From NCBI GenBank assembly GCA_964019335.1, contig OZ025736.1:310001-374000 (forward strand): a stretch of DNA of 64,000 bases, given 5' to 3'. Of the stretch, positions 10,847-24,800 are shown in pieces (the stretch's first letter is position 1; every line of letters starts with the position of its first letter). The stretch is from Diplonema japonicum. Its lineage: Eukaryota > Protista > Euglenozoa: Diplonemea. Position numbers and translations under genes: made by a program. The notes under the pieces are model-generated. The model was not told the origin of the DNA. It made no database searches and was given only the letters and a program-made list of their open reading frames with translations.

Positions 10847-12081
10847 TCAAGTACTGGTAGTGAAGGATGCTTCGAGCATTTCCGATGCAAGTGTAGTTGT
10901 AGCAACAGGGAACACGGCAGGAGGCACCGGTGCACGCGTTTTGTTCTGAGCCGTTTTCGCAGATGAAGGTGTCAAACCGGGCTTGGTACGCCCCGTTTTC
11001 ACAGCGTGGAAAAAGATGTTCTTATAACCAACATGAAGCATTGATCGGGGGTTCCCGGCATAAGTGGACTGGTGGGTCTCCTCGCTCACAATGTCGAAAC
11101 CAAAACTCACAACAATATTGCGAAGATCGTCGGCTGCCACCTCAACAGAAGCACCGCTGTTGTCGGATAGATGGTACAAAAGAGGACCGAGGTTCAACCA
11201 ATGACCCCCCACAGGGAGAAGATGATATATGGCCTCAACGTACTCAAAAATATTCGCACCGGTGTCGAGAAAGAAACAGGTAACGCAAGCCTTCCACTTC
11301 CCTTCCTGCTCATCTATTGAGTATATTTCGCGAAAATCCCCTGCCACCATCGAGAAGTCGCCGGGTTCGTTCTGCGGGGCGTCCTCTGCGACGGGAGGGC
11401 AAACGTCAGGTATACGAATCTCTCTTATCATATCAGACCTTTTTGCTACGTTTGCCGTTTGATGGACGAACGGGTATATTTTGCACTGTTCCTTCCCGGT
11501 GGTTCGGTTCAGTACAAAATCTGAACCAAGCAACATAAACAACGACATTTCGTTTCCCTGCGTGCAGAACCCACGCTGTGAAATTTCCCATGCGAGACGT
11601 CCAAGACCGCAGCCGGGGACTAAGACTCTCACGTCGCCCCTGTTGGTTTTGTTAACAGGGAATGTGGCTTCTAATTCTCTTATTAAAGGTGTGTAGCATT
11701 GATCCCGTTCGTTGCTCCCATCGATGGACCAGTCTCGGACAAACATTCTTAGAAGACTGCGGACCTTGTCCATGTCACCTTCCGTTGGAATTGTTTGCTG
11801 TTGTTTTACAGAAACATCGTCTTGGTTAGCGAAGAGGTCGTGCTGGGTGACCTCAGACACGGAGAGGAGGAACTCCTCGTTGCAGCCGATGCAGGTTCGG
11901 AGGGCTTCGAAGTGCCCTTCCAGATCAGGCAGCATCTCCTTGTACTTTGCGGGGAGCCCCGTGTATGAGGGCTGCATCCTTTCCAACACGGCCACCGCGT
12001 GTTCCCCGTAGTGGGACAGCGCATTCTTTACCGATTGGAAATGTCTTTCCTCAGCGGTTTCTACGGGGGTTTTTATTGTAT

Positions 12082-12085
<4 letters not shown>
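10847..12085 (-). CDS. CARNMT1: Carnosine N-methyltransferase (N2227-like histidine methyltransferase)
   Basis: Motifs FVRDWS, VLVPGCGLGRLAWEI, QGNEMS, FSMVAGDF, VTCFFLDT and WLNLGPLLYH. Confidence 0.9.
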
Positions 12086-12116
<31 letters not shown>

Positions 12117-12367
12117 CCTTTTTTTTTTTCGTGTCTTTTTTTTTTTTTTTTGTTTTCTTTTTTGGAAGCAAAGAGAGAAGAAATAAAATAGGGTAAAAAA
12201 AAAGAAAAGATAGGTGAGGGTAGAGAGAAGAAAAATAAAAAAAAAGAAGAAATGTACTTTTTTAGTTGCTTTCATAAACCCGCCTGGCGTACAATTCTCC
12301 GCTCCGGGTGGGTTGCCGATCGCAAAAAAAAAAGAGAAACAGAATGGGGGGGAGAAAAAGAGAATAT

Positions 12368-12527
12368 GAGCTCGTCCAGAAAAAGAAATGTCAACAAATG
12401 ACCCTCCCGTGCGGTGGAGGAAAAAAAAATCCCAGCAAACTTCTGTAAAAAAAGTGGTCCGGTGCAGACTGGCCGACTAAGCTTGAAAAACCCTGTGTCC
12501 CGTTGGCATTTTTATTCAGGCGAGCTC
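12368..12527. mobile_element. 160-bp MITE-like element with ~30-bp imperfect terminal inverted repeats and ATAT flanks
   Basis: Left end ATAT|GAGCTCGTCCAGAAAAAGAAATGTCAAC matches the reverse complement of the right end, ATAT|GAGCTCGCCTGAATAAAAATGCCAAC. No ORF inside. Confidence 0.6.
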
Positions 12528-12851
12528 ATATAAGAAAAAAAAGACACACAACTTTTTTTTCCTTTTTTTCTTTTTCCTTTTCTTTCCCATTCATCCGTCT
12601 TTTCTTCTTCTTCTTTTCTTCTCCCCTCTACATTTTGCATACTTTGTTGAGGGGGAGGGGAGAGGGGAGATAAATAATATCGATACGAAAAAAAAAAAAA
12701 AATCTTTTTGTTTTGTAACTAAAGATGATGTGTAAATAGAAAAAGAAGAAAGCAATAGGCAGTAGCAGAAAAAAAAAAAAAAAATGAGGGGTCGCTTTTT
12801 CGCACACAAAAAAAAAGGGGGGTTTTGAAGTGCAACCACCCAAGTAGAAGT

Positions 12852-15800
12852 TCACGCCATCATCACACCGTCAGGGTTCTCAAAGCGGTAATCGAAATCC
12901 TGGTGCGTAATCGCTCGAGCATGTAGGGTTGCCGTCTGGTAGGCACGAGGAGGGAGAGGGGGTGTGAAAGGTTCGTGGGGCTCCATAGAGCATGGAGTCT
13001 CCACCTGAACAGGCGGCCACTGAGCAACAAGATCCAGCAGTGTGGGAAGCGCGCCCTGTAGGCAAGCTTGTGAAAACACACCACGCAAGGTGCATGGATA
13101 AACCGCCATCTCATCCCCCAGCCACTCATGGACAAGAGGCGAAACGCGTACTAGCCTTATGATCCCCTTCAGCGCGGCAACCTTCAGTGAGGGCTGCTCC
13201 GAAGCTGCGTACTCCAGCAAGAGAGGCAGAACGGCAGCAACGCATTGCACTATCTCCTTAGCACCTCCTGTCTTTTTCACGACTGTGGCCAGGCCTCCGC
13301 AGACTTCTGCTACTATTTCCTGACACCCGCTTAGGACGTTGTGGCCTGTCACCAGGCCGACCACCCGTCGTGCATGGCGCCTTGTCACGCCCCACCCATA
13401 GCATAGAAGCCTTACGCACAACACTTTATGTGACTTTGCTCCCTCTGGCAGCCTGTGAAGAAGGCTCCCCACGTGCCACCATGATATCCTATCGTCGTCG
13501 TTCGCTACCTCCCGCAACTCTCCCGCGGTGAGCATTCTCTCCATCACCTTCAGCCCTGTCATCGCACGGTGCAGCCAGTCCTCGTTTTGAGTCGTATCTA
13601 TCGGCCCTACGAGACAGTACCTCAACGCAGCCTTCAAGAGCGGTGTCGTGTCACGCCCCACCGTGAAGTACGGGTCCTTTGCGGCGTACGACAGCGCAGC
13701 ACCCGACCACATGCAAGGCGACAGGTTGAACAGATAGAGGCACAACGGGTACGGCCTCGCGGTGTGCAGTATGTTTGCCATCTCAACATCGCCGTCACGG
13801 TGACACGCTGCAAGGGACCGCAGGAGGTTTGCTCTGAATTCCTGTGCTTCGTCGCACACGGTCAGCAGCATTGTGTAGAAGTGCCACTGTGGGTGGTCAA
13901 CTGCCTTGACTAAGAGCGTGGCGTGCAGTGCTGAGTACTTCTTATTACGCAGGAATGGTGCCATGGCTGCAGCCACATCTGCATACCAGCAGCCCAGCCC
14001 GTCGATGATGCCTTCGAGTGCTGCGTCCTCCATAGGACAGAACCACATCCTGCACTTCCTGATCACATACGGGTAGCTGCGGCCACGCTGCACACCTTCC
14101 TGGATGAGCTCGATGACATGGTGCGACTGTGGGGTGTCGTGTGGCTGGCACAGCATCCCACTCGCCTCCACTTCACTCCCCTTCGACATCAGGGCCAGAT
14201 AGTACAATGCAGTATACTCCATACCATAACGGTTTTTGGACCCAACGGAGGCATTCTGGTACGTGAAGTACGACACGATGCCCTCCCTGAGGTCAGGCTT
14301 GATGACGGAGGGGATGTCTCCCGACATGCGGAGCGACGCTGTGATGCCGTACGTCTTCTCGTACATGGTGTAGCAGGTCGGGTCGGTCTTGCCCAGCCCG
14401 AAGGTATTCACAATGACACCCAGTTTCTCACTGAAAAGCATAGCCAGCTGGTACTCGTCATCTGTTTTGCACAACACGCCGTCGCAGTCGGCGGAGATGT
14501 CTTCGCATGACAGCATCCCGACGAGCTTCTTCGTGAATTCTACGAAGTCGCCCTTTGCGTTGCTCATGTCGATCCCCGCACGGCACAGCCCGTCTTTGAA
14601 CTCGTCGCTCTGCTCCCACAATTGTTTGACCCCCCTCCGGACGGCAGCAATGGGAATGAACATCGTGCGTGGCATACTTGCAAGGGTGGAAGCTGCTGCT
14701 GCAAGCGCGCCGACGACGACTTGAGACGGTGCGCCGAGCGCTTCGTACACTTCGTCGTCTGTCCAACTGCCATCAGATTCGTCACCAGCGATGGACGACT
14801 GGCTAGTGCAGGACGACACGTCGAGTGACATCCCCACGCGTGTTGTACCGCATTCATCAACAACGCTCTCCTTCACAACTGACTGTATAGTTCGATATGG
14901 TGAAACAGACTGCTGGAATTTCCTAGCGGACACGGTCAGGGGGTTTGGTACCGACTGAAACGAATCATCAGCGGTATCTTCTTCCTCTTCTTCTTTTTCC
15001 TCTTCCTCGTGCGCAGAAGGGTCGATCAGGTCCATGTCGACGTAAGACGTGCAGGGCGAGCCTTCGGAAAAGTCCACGGCACCACACCCATGGTTCACGA
15101 TGGTGGCCACGACGACAGGAGGATGCCTTGGGCACGGTGCTTCATCCTCGTCGGACTCAAACAACATGTCGACCATCTGAGTAGATCTGTTCAGCCGCAG
15201 CATGCTGACGCCACTCAGGTTGCTTGAGTCGCAAAATCTATGCCACTTCTCCGGTTTAGATCCCGGTGCATTGCCAGGACGCCCGCCAGTCAAGTCGACT
15301 GCGTTGCTTCCCTCGAATGGCATCCTCTCCGATGCGATGGCGTTAATCTCGTTTGTGTTCAGGTACCCTTCTACGGGTATGGCAGGGGGGCTGTGGAGTG
15401 TGCTCATGCTCTGCGTGGCCGTGAGTGCTGTTTCGCTTCTTTCCTGTTCTCCGGCATCGCTTCGCCGTCTCGTCCCTAGTGATGCCATGGGCTCCACACT
15501 GCGGATCTGTCGGGTGCTATGCTCACACGAAAGGCTCTCCTCCCAATCCCCGCACTGCGACATCATTGTGCTCGTGGAGGCATTCTTGTCACTTGCGTCC
15601 CCTAAGCTAGACATCGACACGGTGTGCGTCATCAGTGATGGCTTCGATTGTTCGCTAGCCTTCCCGAATAGAGCCTGCTTGTTGCCCACAACCGCTTCTT
15701 CAACTACTGCCACCTGCGGATGTTCCGTGTGCTCCTTGAGCATCTTAGGTGCCCGTCTCAGCCCCGATGTCTCAGTGCAGTCACTGTGCACTTCGAGTCC

Positions 15801-18800
15801 TTCTCTGCTGTCATGTCCCCCTTGTTTTCCGAAGTCTTCAATGCCGTTCGTTTTGCTGTTATCTCCAAACCTGTTTAGGGCCTTGGACTGGCTCCGTGTA
15901 GGTGCTTTGGAAACTTTGTTCCTTGTATCAAGACTGGAAGCTTTTGCAGTTGGTTCCACACCTTGGGACGATAACGGCACGTGGGTAGCAGAAGTCTTGT
16001 GCATTTCTGAGGCATCAAACACCTCTTCTTCTGCTGTACGACAACACTGACCCGTTTCCTCCATGCTGCTGTCCTCGACGTATCTACGCGCCCTCCTGAA
16101 CGGGTTCCTCTGAATCGGTGTTTCTGACAGCACAGAGTCTTCAGTCCCAGTGTCAGAGTCAGCCACAAGGCTATTCTTTCCTCTATTCACTGCAAGCAAT
16201 GCTTTAGAACTGTGTTCCGTTGCAGTGGTGCGGCTATGCTTGCTGGCCCTCAGTTGGTCCACATAGTTAGGGACAGCACTCACACTTTCTGCTTCAGTAT
16301 CAGATCCACCGTCAGTTTCTTTCAATGGTGTACCAGCAAGATGTCCACTAGGCCCCCGTGTAGTCTCAACCCCCTTCTTCGGTACAGCAGCTTGAGTTGA
16401 CTGCTCGTGTGAATCAGGCCGTGTTAAGGGAACCGGTTTGCCCCCTGCATCATCCGACCACGCTGTCACACTGTTGTTGCTGTCGGTCTGCAGTGGCAGT
16501 GATGGTGTGCTGTGCTTCACACGTGGGCTCGAAAGAGATCTTTCACGTTGCAGTGCTTCTTCCTTCCTGCTACTTAGCACCTTGTGACTGTCAAAACCCT
16601 CGGTGTCATCCGTGCCGCTTGCTTCGTCAAGTCTGCGCTGCATTCCAAAGGGCTTCCTCTTCTTCACCTCGAATCGACCTGGTGTGCTTCCCATGGGATC
16701 TCCTTTCAGATACTTTTGTGATGTTGCAGAACTATTCGCTGAGGCGAAAGACCCGTCTTCATTGCCGGCATTCCGTCGTGTTGCTCCAGCAAGTTGCCCA
16801 TGACGACGCCCAGCCTCCTTGGTGGCCTCAACCCGCGTCGTCTGCGAGGGGGCATTAAGTGCGGTACCTGCATCCAACTGTGTGCTGCTGAGCTGAACTT
16901 GTGAATCATCCGACCACACGGTCCCACTGTCGTCGCTGTCAGTCTGCACTGGTGTGCTGCCCTGCTTCGCATGTTCAGTACGAGTCAGTGCCGTTTTCGG
17001 AAGGAAATCTGGTACACCTATCCTGTACGGCTGTGGTACCACTTTCATTGCCTCCGTGTCAGCGCCAGTGTCGGGTGAGTGCTCTGATGCTGCTTGCTTG
17101 TGCATCGGTTCACGGCCAGTGCCAAACTCGTTCTGCTTTGCTGAATCCCTCAAGCTGTCTCCCGAGACTGCCTGCAGGTGCGGTGCACGAACACCAGGCC
17201 CCTTGCTTGGGTGAACGGGATCTCCCTGTAGGTTCGCCTGTGGTGTTGCAGAACTGCCCACCTCACTGAAGGACCAGTCCACATTGTCGCTTTGCCACCC
17301 GGTCGCCCTTCGTGCTCCAGCAAGTTGTCCATTACGACGCCCAGCCTCCTTGGTGGCCTCAACCCGCGTCGCCGGCGAGGAGACACCAAGTGCGGCACCT
17401 TGGCTCGACTGTTCGTGTGCACCCGGCTGCGTGCTGTCGAACTGAGCTTGTGAATCATCCGACCACACGGTCCCACTGTCGTCGCTGTCCGTCTGCAGTG
17501 GTACGCTGCCCCGCTTCGCATGTTCAGTACGAGTCAGTGCCGTTTTCGGAAGGAAAGCTGCCTTGCGCTGCTGTGGTACCGCTTTCCTCGTCTCAGTGCC
17601 AGGTGAGTGCTCTGATGCTGCTTGCTTGTGCATCGGTTCACGGTCAGTGCCAAACTCGTTCTGCTTTGCTGAATCCTTCAAGTTGTCTCCCGAGGCTGCC
17701 TGCCGGTGCGACGCAAGAACATCAGGCCCCTTGCTTAAGGGATCACCTTTTAGGTTCACTTGTGGTGTTGCAGAATTGTCCACCTCAGCGAAGGATCCGT
17801 CTTCATTGTCTCCCTCCCTTCGTGCCCCTCGTTCACGACGACGCCCAGCCTCCTTGGTGGCCTCAACCCGCGTCGGGGAGGGAGAGGGGACACCAAGTGC
17901 GGTACCCTGCTTATGTGCACCCAACTGCGTGCTGCTGAATTGAACTTGTGAATCATCCGACCACACGGTCCCACTGTCGTCGCTGTCAGTCCGCACTGGT
18001 ACGCTGCCCCGCCTCGCAGGTTCAGCACGAGTCAGTGCCGTTTCCGGAAGGAAAGCTGGAGCACTGGCCTTGTACGACTGTGGTACCGCTTTCACTGCAT
18101 CAGTGTCAGTGCCAGTGTCGGGTGAGTGCTCTGGTGATGCTGATTGCATCGGTTCGCGACAAGTGCTGCCCACCTCACTGAAGGACCCGTCCTCACTGTC
18201 ACTCTGCCACTCGGCTGCCCTTCGTGCTCCAGCAAGTTGTCCATTACGACGCCCAGCCTCCTTGGTGGCCTCAACCCGCGTCGCCGGCGAGGAGACACCA
18301 AGTGCGGCACCTTGGCTCGACTGTTCGTGTGCACCCGGCTGCGTGCTGTCGAACTGAGCTTGTGAACCATCCGACCACACGGTCCCACTGTCGTCGCTGT
18401 CAGTCTGCACTAGTGTGCCCCTGGGCTTCACATTCCAGATTGAATGAGTTGCAGTATAGTCGGCTGCTTTTCTTTTCTTGTCGCTACTACGCTTATGTAC
18501 GAATGAGCTTTCAGAGCTCCCAGTGCTGCCGATTTCGTCGTGAAGGGCAAGCCTCTGTGCACCCTTTGCAACTGTGTTTCTTCCACTAGGGTTTTCCGCC
18601 GTTGATTTTGTTTGACTCACAACCTGCTTCGTGCGAGATCTGCCACAGGTGCTGGAATATTTGCTGCTCTCCACGTTTTCGTGAGGCCTGCGCTTCCTTA
18701 CCTGATCAGTGACGCCTTGTTGCACAAGTGTGCCTAATGGCACATCATCTTCATGCAGCGAAGGTACTGGACGTGCACTTGCCGATGTCACAGGGGACTC

Positions 18801-21800
18801 GGTGTCAGCGTCTGCAGTGACCGGGGCTCTCAATGATTGCAGTTCCCTCCTGGATTTTGCCGTGCTTCGTTCATCCACACCTTCGAAGCCCTCAGTGCTC
18901 CCTTCCGACCACTTGCGTTGCCTTGCAAACGAGCCCCCCATAGGTGCCTCGGTATCTGAGTCGATAAGCGTTTCCTTTACAACATAGTTGTTGTGCCTGA
19001 TAGTTTCAGGGACGCATTGCAAAGGCGAGCCCAGAGACACGTCCAACATTGAACGCGTGAGGCCGTTCTTATCCAGAGGATTCTCGCGAGAAATGCTATC
19101 TGCCGGATCTACGTTCCTACCAAGTCGCTCCGTGCATCCCTCGTGCGCTCCAGGAATACCGGTGTCGTGCGAAACAGTTGGCCTTGTGCCACCTTCACGC
19201 GTTTCAGGCAAAGGAGGAGTGTTCTTCTCGTGCGTGACAGCTATTTCCGTAGGAACACTATGCTTACGAGTAAGAGACGGTGTTAGGCAGAGCCCTCTTG
19301 TTTCCCTATCGTGGTCTTCACTGAGCTGGACTCTCGAACCATCGGCAGGCAAAGTTCCTCTCACTTCACCAGAAGAGCTCAACTCATCTCCACCGTTAGT
19401 GTAGTGTACATGCAAGTCATCTTCACGAGGCGTCTGCGAGCTGCATGGAGGGGTGTATGGTCTGTACCTGGATTCCCCCGACCACATAGTGCCGGCACTG
19501 CACTCTGATAAACGCCGTTCATGGTGCGGGGTGTCAGCCCTATGAATTTCGCTCAAGGATGCGCTGCTGTCTTTCTGAGAGCCTTTTTTCGATTCTTCAC
19601 CGAAGTCACCGTTCGCATCGTGACGTTCCTGCCGCCTTCCAGCTATAGATGTAGCCGCGTGCTCGTCTTCGTCTGAAGAGGGCCCCTGCATCGGGTTGGC
19701 TGTGGGTCGTGGAACAATCGCAGGTGCAGATATATCTTTGGGCGTGTACTTTGCAACCACTTTTGGTGAACCAATTTGCCGCGCTGTGTACAGTGCCGTG
19801 ACTGGCCCACCAGATGAGTGTGGCGGCACATCATTGTTCAGAGTGTCTCCATGCTTGCTGGCAGAAAGTCCAGTCTTCGAGTTTGTGTCGTCTTCCTCGG
19901 AGTTCACAGGAACGTGTTCTGCATCCCTTTTCGCTCTTGGAGTACCGTCCTCGCTGGCAGGTGACGTTTTGTTGTGTGCCACGTGACTTAGCTGGCTTTC
20001 AGAGCCAGCTTGGTGTTCTGGTTGCGTGTCTGGCTCAACACGGCTGCAACCCATGCTTGAATCACCTCGCTTTGTTGTACTTAGCTTATTTGCTCGCTCC
20101 ACAGCAGGAACAGAAGAACCATCAGCTGTCCCATCGCCGCAATCTGTTTGCGGTGGCAAGTTGTTCCGCGGTTTCACACAAGAGCCTGAAAGAGCCGTTG
20201 CATGAGTTGGTGCTTCGTTGCCAGTTTCAGTTCTCTCTGTGTGCTGCACTCCAAAGGGGCGCTTCACTACAACAGCGGTGCCTCCGGTGGAGGTATCAGT
20301 TTCAATATTGACTGCTTCGGGGGTGTTTCTGATGCCAACATTGTGAGCCGTCTGCGAACGCTTTCGTTCAGCATCATCCGCTGCAGATACAGCAAGGTTT
20401 GTATGTGGAAGCGGCTCTCCACTAGCTCGCGGTGCTTGCGTGCCATGGATTTCGTCCCCTGTGTCGTCCTTCCGCACCGTCCCAGTGCTGTGTCCAGACT
20501 TCGCATGCGAGTTCGAAGCTCTTCCATGCTCTGAAGCTCTCTTCTTTCTTCGGACTGACCTTTCGTTCTTGCGTGCATTGAAGCCTTCCGTGCTCTCCGT
20601 GCTGCTCTCTGCGGCAAGACCGGGACGCCTTAAGGGGTTCGAGTGGGCACTGGTACCGTCATGTGTCTGCGAGTGACTGGTATCCACACCGTGAGGCTCA
20701 TCGCATTCGCCAGCAGCGACGGTCACTGCTGTAAGCGGCGGCAGTTCTTCGGTTGCCAGTTGCTTGGAGACTCCTACAGTCTTCGCGTGACCGTTGGGTT
20801 TAAGGCCATGCTGACCTTGTCGCGAGACACCCTGCTGTTGGCTGTTCGACACTGTGTCCCTGCTCTGCGTATCATCGGAACAGCCGTCATGCTCAATGTT
20901 GACCGCTCCTGTCATGCGCCCCTTTGTTGCTGTGTTGTGCGGCCTTGCCGGCTCTTCTCGCAAGCCGGTTTTATCTTTTGGCTCCCCCAACGTAGATGAC
21001 AAGGCTTCGTCCGCTTGTTTGTCATGCATGACCCCCGGATCGGATAAAGGTGGTACATCTTTCTCAGCTTCGTCGATGCTGAGAGCTGAAATGCTCGTTG
21101 TGTTTTTGCCTTGCTTGGCTTGCTTCTTCACCACCGACGCTACAGAAGCTTCTGTGTCAGAGCCCGCCGGTTCTGCTCTGGGGGCATTCACAGGAGTAGT
21201 GCCTGGAGATCCCGCAGTAACAGGAACGGTGCGCGGTATTCCACAACGACCAGGTCTACTAGCTGCCTCAGTATCAGACCCGCCAGCATCACACGAGGTA
21301 CTTCTTCCTGTTTTGCCACTGCCATTCTTTGAGGTAGATGCCTTACGTTCTCCTTCGCGCTTTTGTAACGGTGCTGTTTTCTCCTCCAAGGAAGAAACGC
21401 GCCTGCTGGTGTCTGTCTTGGGTATTGGTGCTCCTGCTTGGTGTAATGGATGTAGGGTAGCACCCACACTTTCTGCTTCTTTCAATGGTGTACCAGCAAG
21501 ATGTCCACTAGACCCCCGTGTGGTCCCAACTCCCTTTTTCGGTACAGCAGCTTGAGTTGACTGCTCGTGTGAATCAGGCCGTGTTAAGGGAACCGGTTTG
21601 CCCCCTGCATCATCCGACCACGCTGTCACACTGTTGTTGCTGTCGGTCTGCAGTGGCAGTGATGGTGTGCTGTGCTTCACACGTGGGTTCGAAAGAGATC
21701 TTTCACGTTGCAGTGCTTCTTCCTTCCTGCTACTTAGCACCTTGTGACTGTCAAAACCCTCGGTGTCATCCGTGCCGCTTGCTTCGTCAAGTCTGCGCTG

Positions 21801-24800
21801 CACTCCAAAGGGCTTCTTCGCCTCGATAGCAACTGGTGTGCCTCCCAAGGTGTCGGCATCCCCTGTTGTCTGCGAGAGGGAGGTGCGCTCCTCGCCGGCT
21901 GCGTTGTCCGGTGCAGGTTCAGCACGAGTGTGAGTGTCAGTGTCGGGTACGCGCTCTGGTGCTGCTGTTTTGTTGTGACGACAAGTGCCAAACCCGTCCT
22001 GCTTTGCTGCACCTCTCAAGCTGTCACCTGAGGCTGCCTGCCGGTGCGATGCAAGAACCTCAGGCCCCTTGCTTGGATGAATGGGATCTCCCCGAAGGTA
22101 CTGTGACTGGTCTTGCCGCCCGGCCGCCCTTCGTGCTCCAGCAAGCTGTCCAAGGCGACGCCCAGCCTCCTTGGTGGCCTCAACCCGCGTCGGGGAAGGA
22201 GAGGGGACAAGTGTGGCACCTTGGCTCGGCTGATTATGTGCACCCAACTGTGTGCTGCTGAGCTGAACTTGTGAATCATCCGACCACACGGTCCCACTGT
22301 CGTCGCTGTCAGTCTGCATTGGCTCGCTGCCCCGTCTCGCAGATTCAGCACGAGTTAGTGCCGTTTTCGGAATGAAAACTGGTGTTCCAGCCCTGTATTG
22401 CCGTGGTACTGTACCAGTGTCGGGTGAGTGCTCTGATGCTGTTTGGTTGTGCATCGGTTCGCGACAAGCGCCAAGCTCTTTCTGCTTTGTTGAATCCCTC
22501 AAGTCTCTCGAGGCCTGGTGCGGTGCAAGAGAGGTTGCTTGAATATCAGGCCCCTTGCTTGGGTGAACGGGATCTCCCTGTAGGTACGTTTGTGGTGCTG
22601 CAGAACTGTCCACCTCACTGAAGGACCTCTCTACACCGCCGCCTTGCCCCCCAGCCGCCCTTTGTGCTCCAGCAAGTTGTTCAAGGCGCACAGCCTCCTT
22701 GGTGGCCTCAACCCGCGGGGGGACACCAAGTACGGCACCTTGGCTCGGCTGATTGTGTGCACCCAACTGTGTGCTGCTGAATTGAACTTGTGAATCATCC
22801 GACCACACGGTCCCACTGTCGTCGCTGTCAGTCTGCAGTGGTGTGCTGCCCCGCTTCGCATGTTCAGTACGATTCAGTGCCGTTTTCGGAAGGAAAGCTG
22901 GTACACCAGCCTTGTGCTGCTGTGGTGCCCCAGTGTCGGGTGAGTGCTCTGGTGCTGCTGTTTGCTTGTGCATCGGTTCACGGCTAGTGCCAAAGTCGTC
23001 CTGCTTTGCTGAATCCCTCAAGCTGTCTCCCGAGGCTGCCTGGTGCGGTGCAAGAACATCAGGCCTTTTACTTGGGTTAACGGGATCTCCTTTCAGGAAC
23101 GCCTGTGGTGTTGCAGAACTGTCCACCTCACTGAAGGACCCGTCCTCATTGTCCTCCTGCCACCCGGCTGCCCTTCGTGCTCCAGCAAGTAGTACACTAC
23201 GCCCAGCCTCCTTGGTGGCCTCAACCCGCGTCGCCGGCGAGGGGACACCAAGTGCGGCACCTTGGCTCGACTGCTCGTGTGCACCCGGCTGTGCGCTGCT
23301 GAGCTGAACATGTGCACTATCCGACCACACGGCCTCACTGCCGTCGCTGTCAGCCTGCAGTGGTGTGCTGCCCCCATATTTCTGTAAGCCGCACAGATGC
23401 TTCGTCACAGAATCCTTTATACTGCCCCTGCGTGAGCTCTCATGCTCCTTTTCATTTGAGTCACCACCTCCTTTCGTTGTAGTGGTGCCCTGTCGGGGGA
23501 ATTCGCGCGCCCCAACGAGTCGTCCAGTCGCAGTTGGTAATGCAGCCGATCCTTCCGTTCTCGTCACCTGCTGTTCTGCGCCTGCTGCGCCAAATGAATC
23601 TCGACCACCAGCTGGGGCACAAGGAGCTTCCTTCTCAGCGTCCCTCAGCCCCGACACTGTATCTGGTACACTGATGACGTTGTTGCGGCAGAATTCTATT
23701 GGCTTTTGATCAGGCAAGCTGTTCACTGCACCGCACCTTTTCCCAGCACCTACAGTGCCCATATCAACAGGCATCCTGTTATTTTGCAACTCTGTGGGTG
23801 ATTTGCCCAGTGAATCTCGACCATCAGTCGGTGTTTCGTTCTTTGTGCCCCCCTGCCCCAACACTGCATCTGGTTCACCAATAGCATCGCAGTAGGCAAG
23901 TCCTTCTGGCTTCTGAACAGGCAAGCCCCACAAAGAGTTGGGCTGCTGTGCGAGCACTTGGGGGCCTTGCTCTGCGGGTTTTGCATGTGTTGCTGGAGTA
24001 TTCTTCACCTCAGTAGGTTCTGTCATTGAAGCGGCGTGCGAATGAACTTGGGGCAAAGTGGTAGTTGTTCCGGTATGCCTGACGCCGGGTGACTCCGTGT
24101 TCGTATGTGTAGTACCCATTCGTGGCACAGTGCCCGCTTGGCTCCCTGCAACCCACTGTGTGGCCTTCGATGCTGCTGTAGGCGGTAGTGGCCTGTTACT
24201 TAATTCAGAAGCGTCACCCCTAGAGCTGTCCAGAAACTCTTCAACGCGGGACTTGAGTGCGCTCTCAGAGGTTTTATTTGCCCCGATGTCCGGAATCATA
24301 GCATTCGTGCGGGTATCAGGGTCTTCATGCCGCGTTTTGAGAGCAGCAGAACCGCCCATTCCCTGCTGAGACACCACTCCATCGGAAGGCAAGCAGTCCC
24401 TGTGTATCATCGTTGATGGACCCGAGTCGTTGTTTTCTCCATCGCTGCACGTCTCTACGAATGGCGTACGACCAGCGCCTCCTCGCTTCTGCTTCAGAGT
24501 CCCGAAGATGCGTTCCTCTCCAACGGGCTGAGTTGTTTGCACCCTTGCAAGTACATCTTGCGGCAAAGTACAGCTGGTCGACACTTGTGAGCGCTCGCTT
24601 TGCACACAATGTTCAGCGAGCATGCTCTCCTTGTCTCCAACAACACTTTGCAGGGCGCACCTTGCAGGGTCCGTTGAAGGTGTGTTTTGCAAATTTGCAG
24701 TGCTGGTTGTGTGGGTGAAGGTGCTGCGTGTGTACCCCGTGACCGACATCACAGACGTGACTTCGATAAGCTTTTGCTGTGCGTGCTCCATGCTGGTGCC

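Noticed and set aside
15202-16050. Long plus-strand ORFs antisense to real genes (also 20854-21555 and 48058-48843)
   Set aside because: They are shadow ORFs of GC-rich coding sequence with no recognisable motifs.
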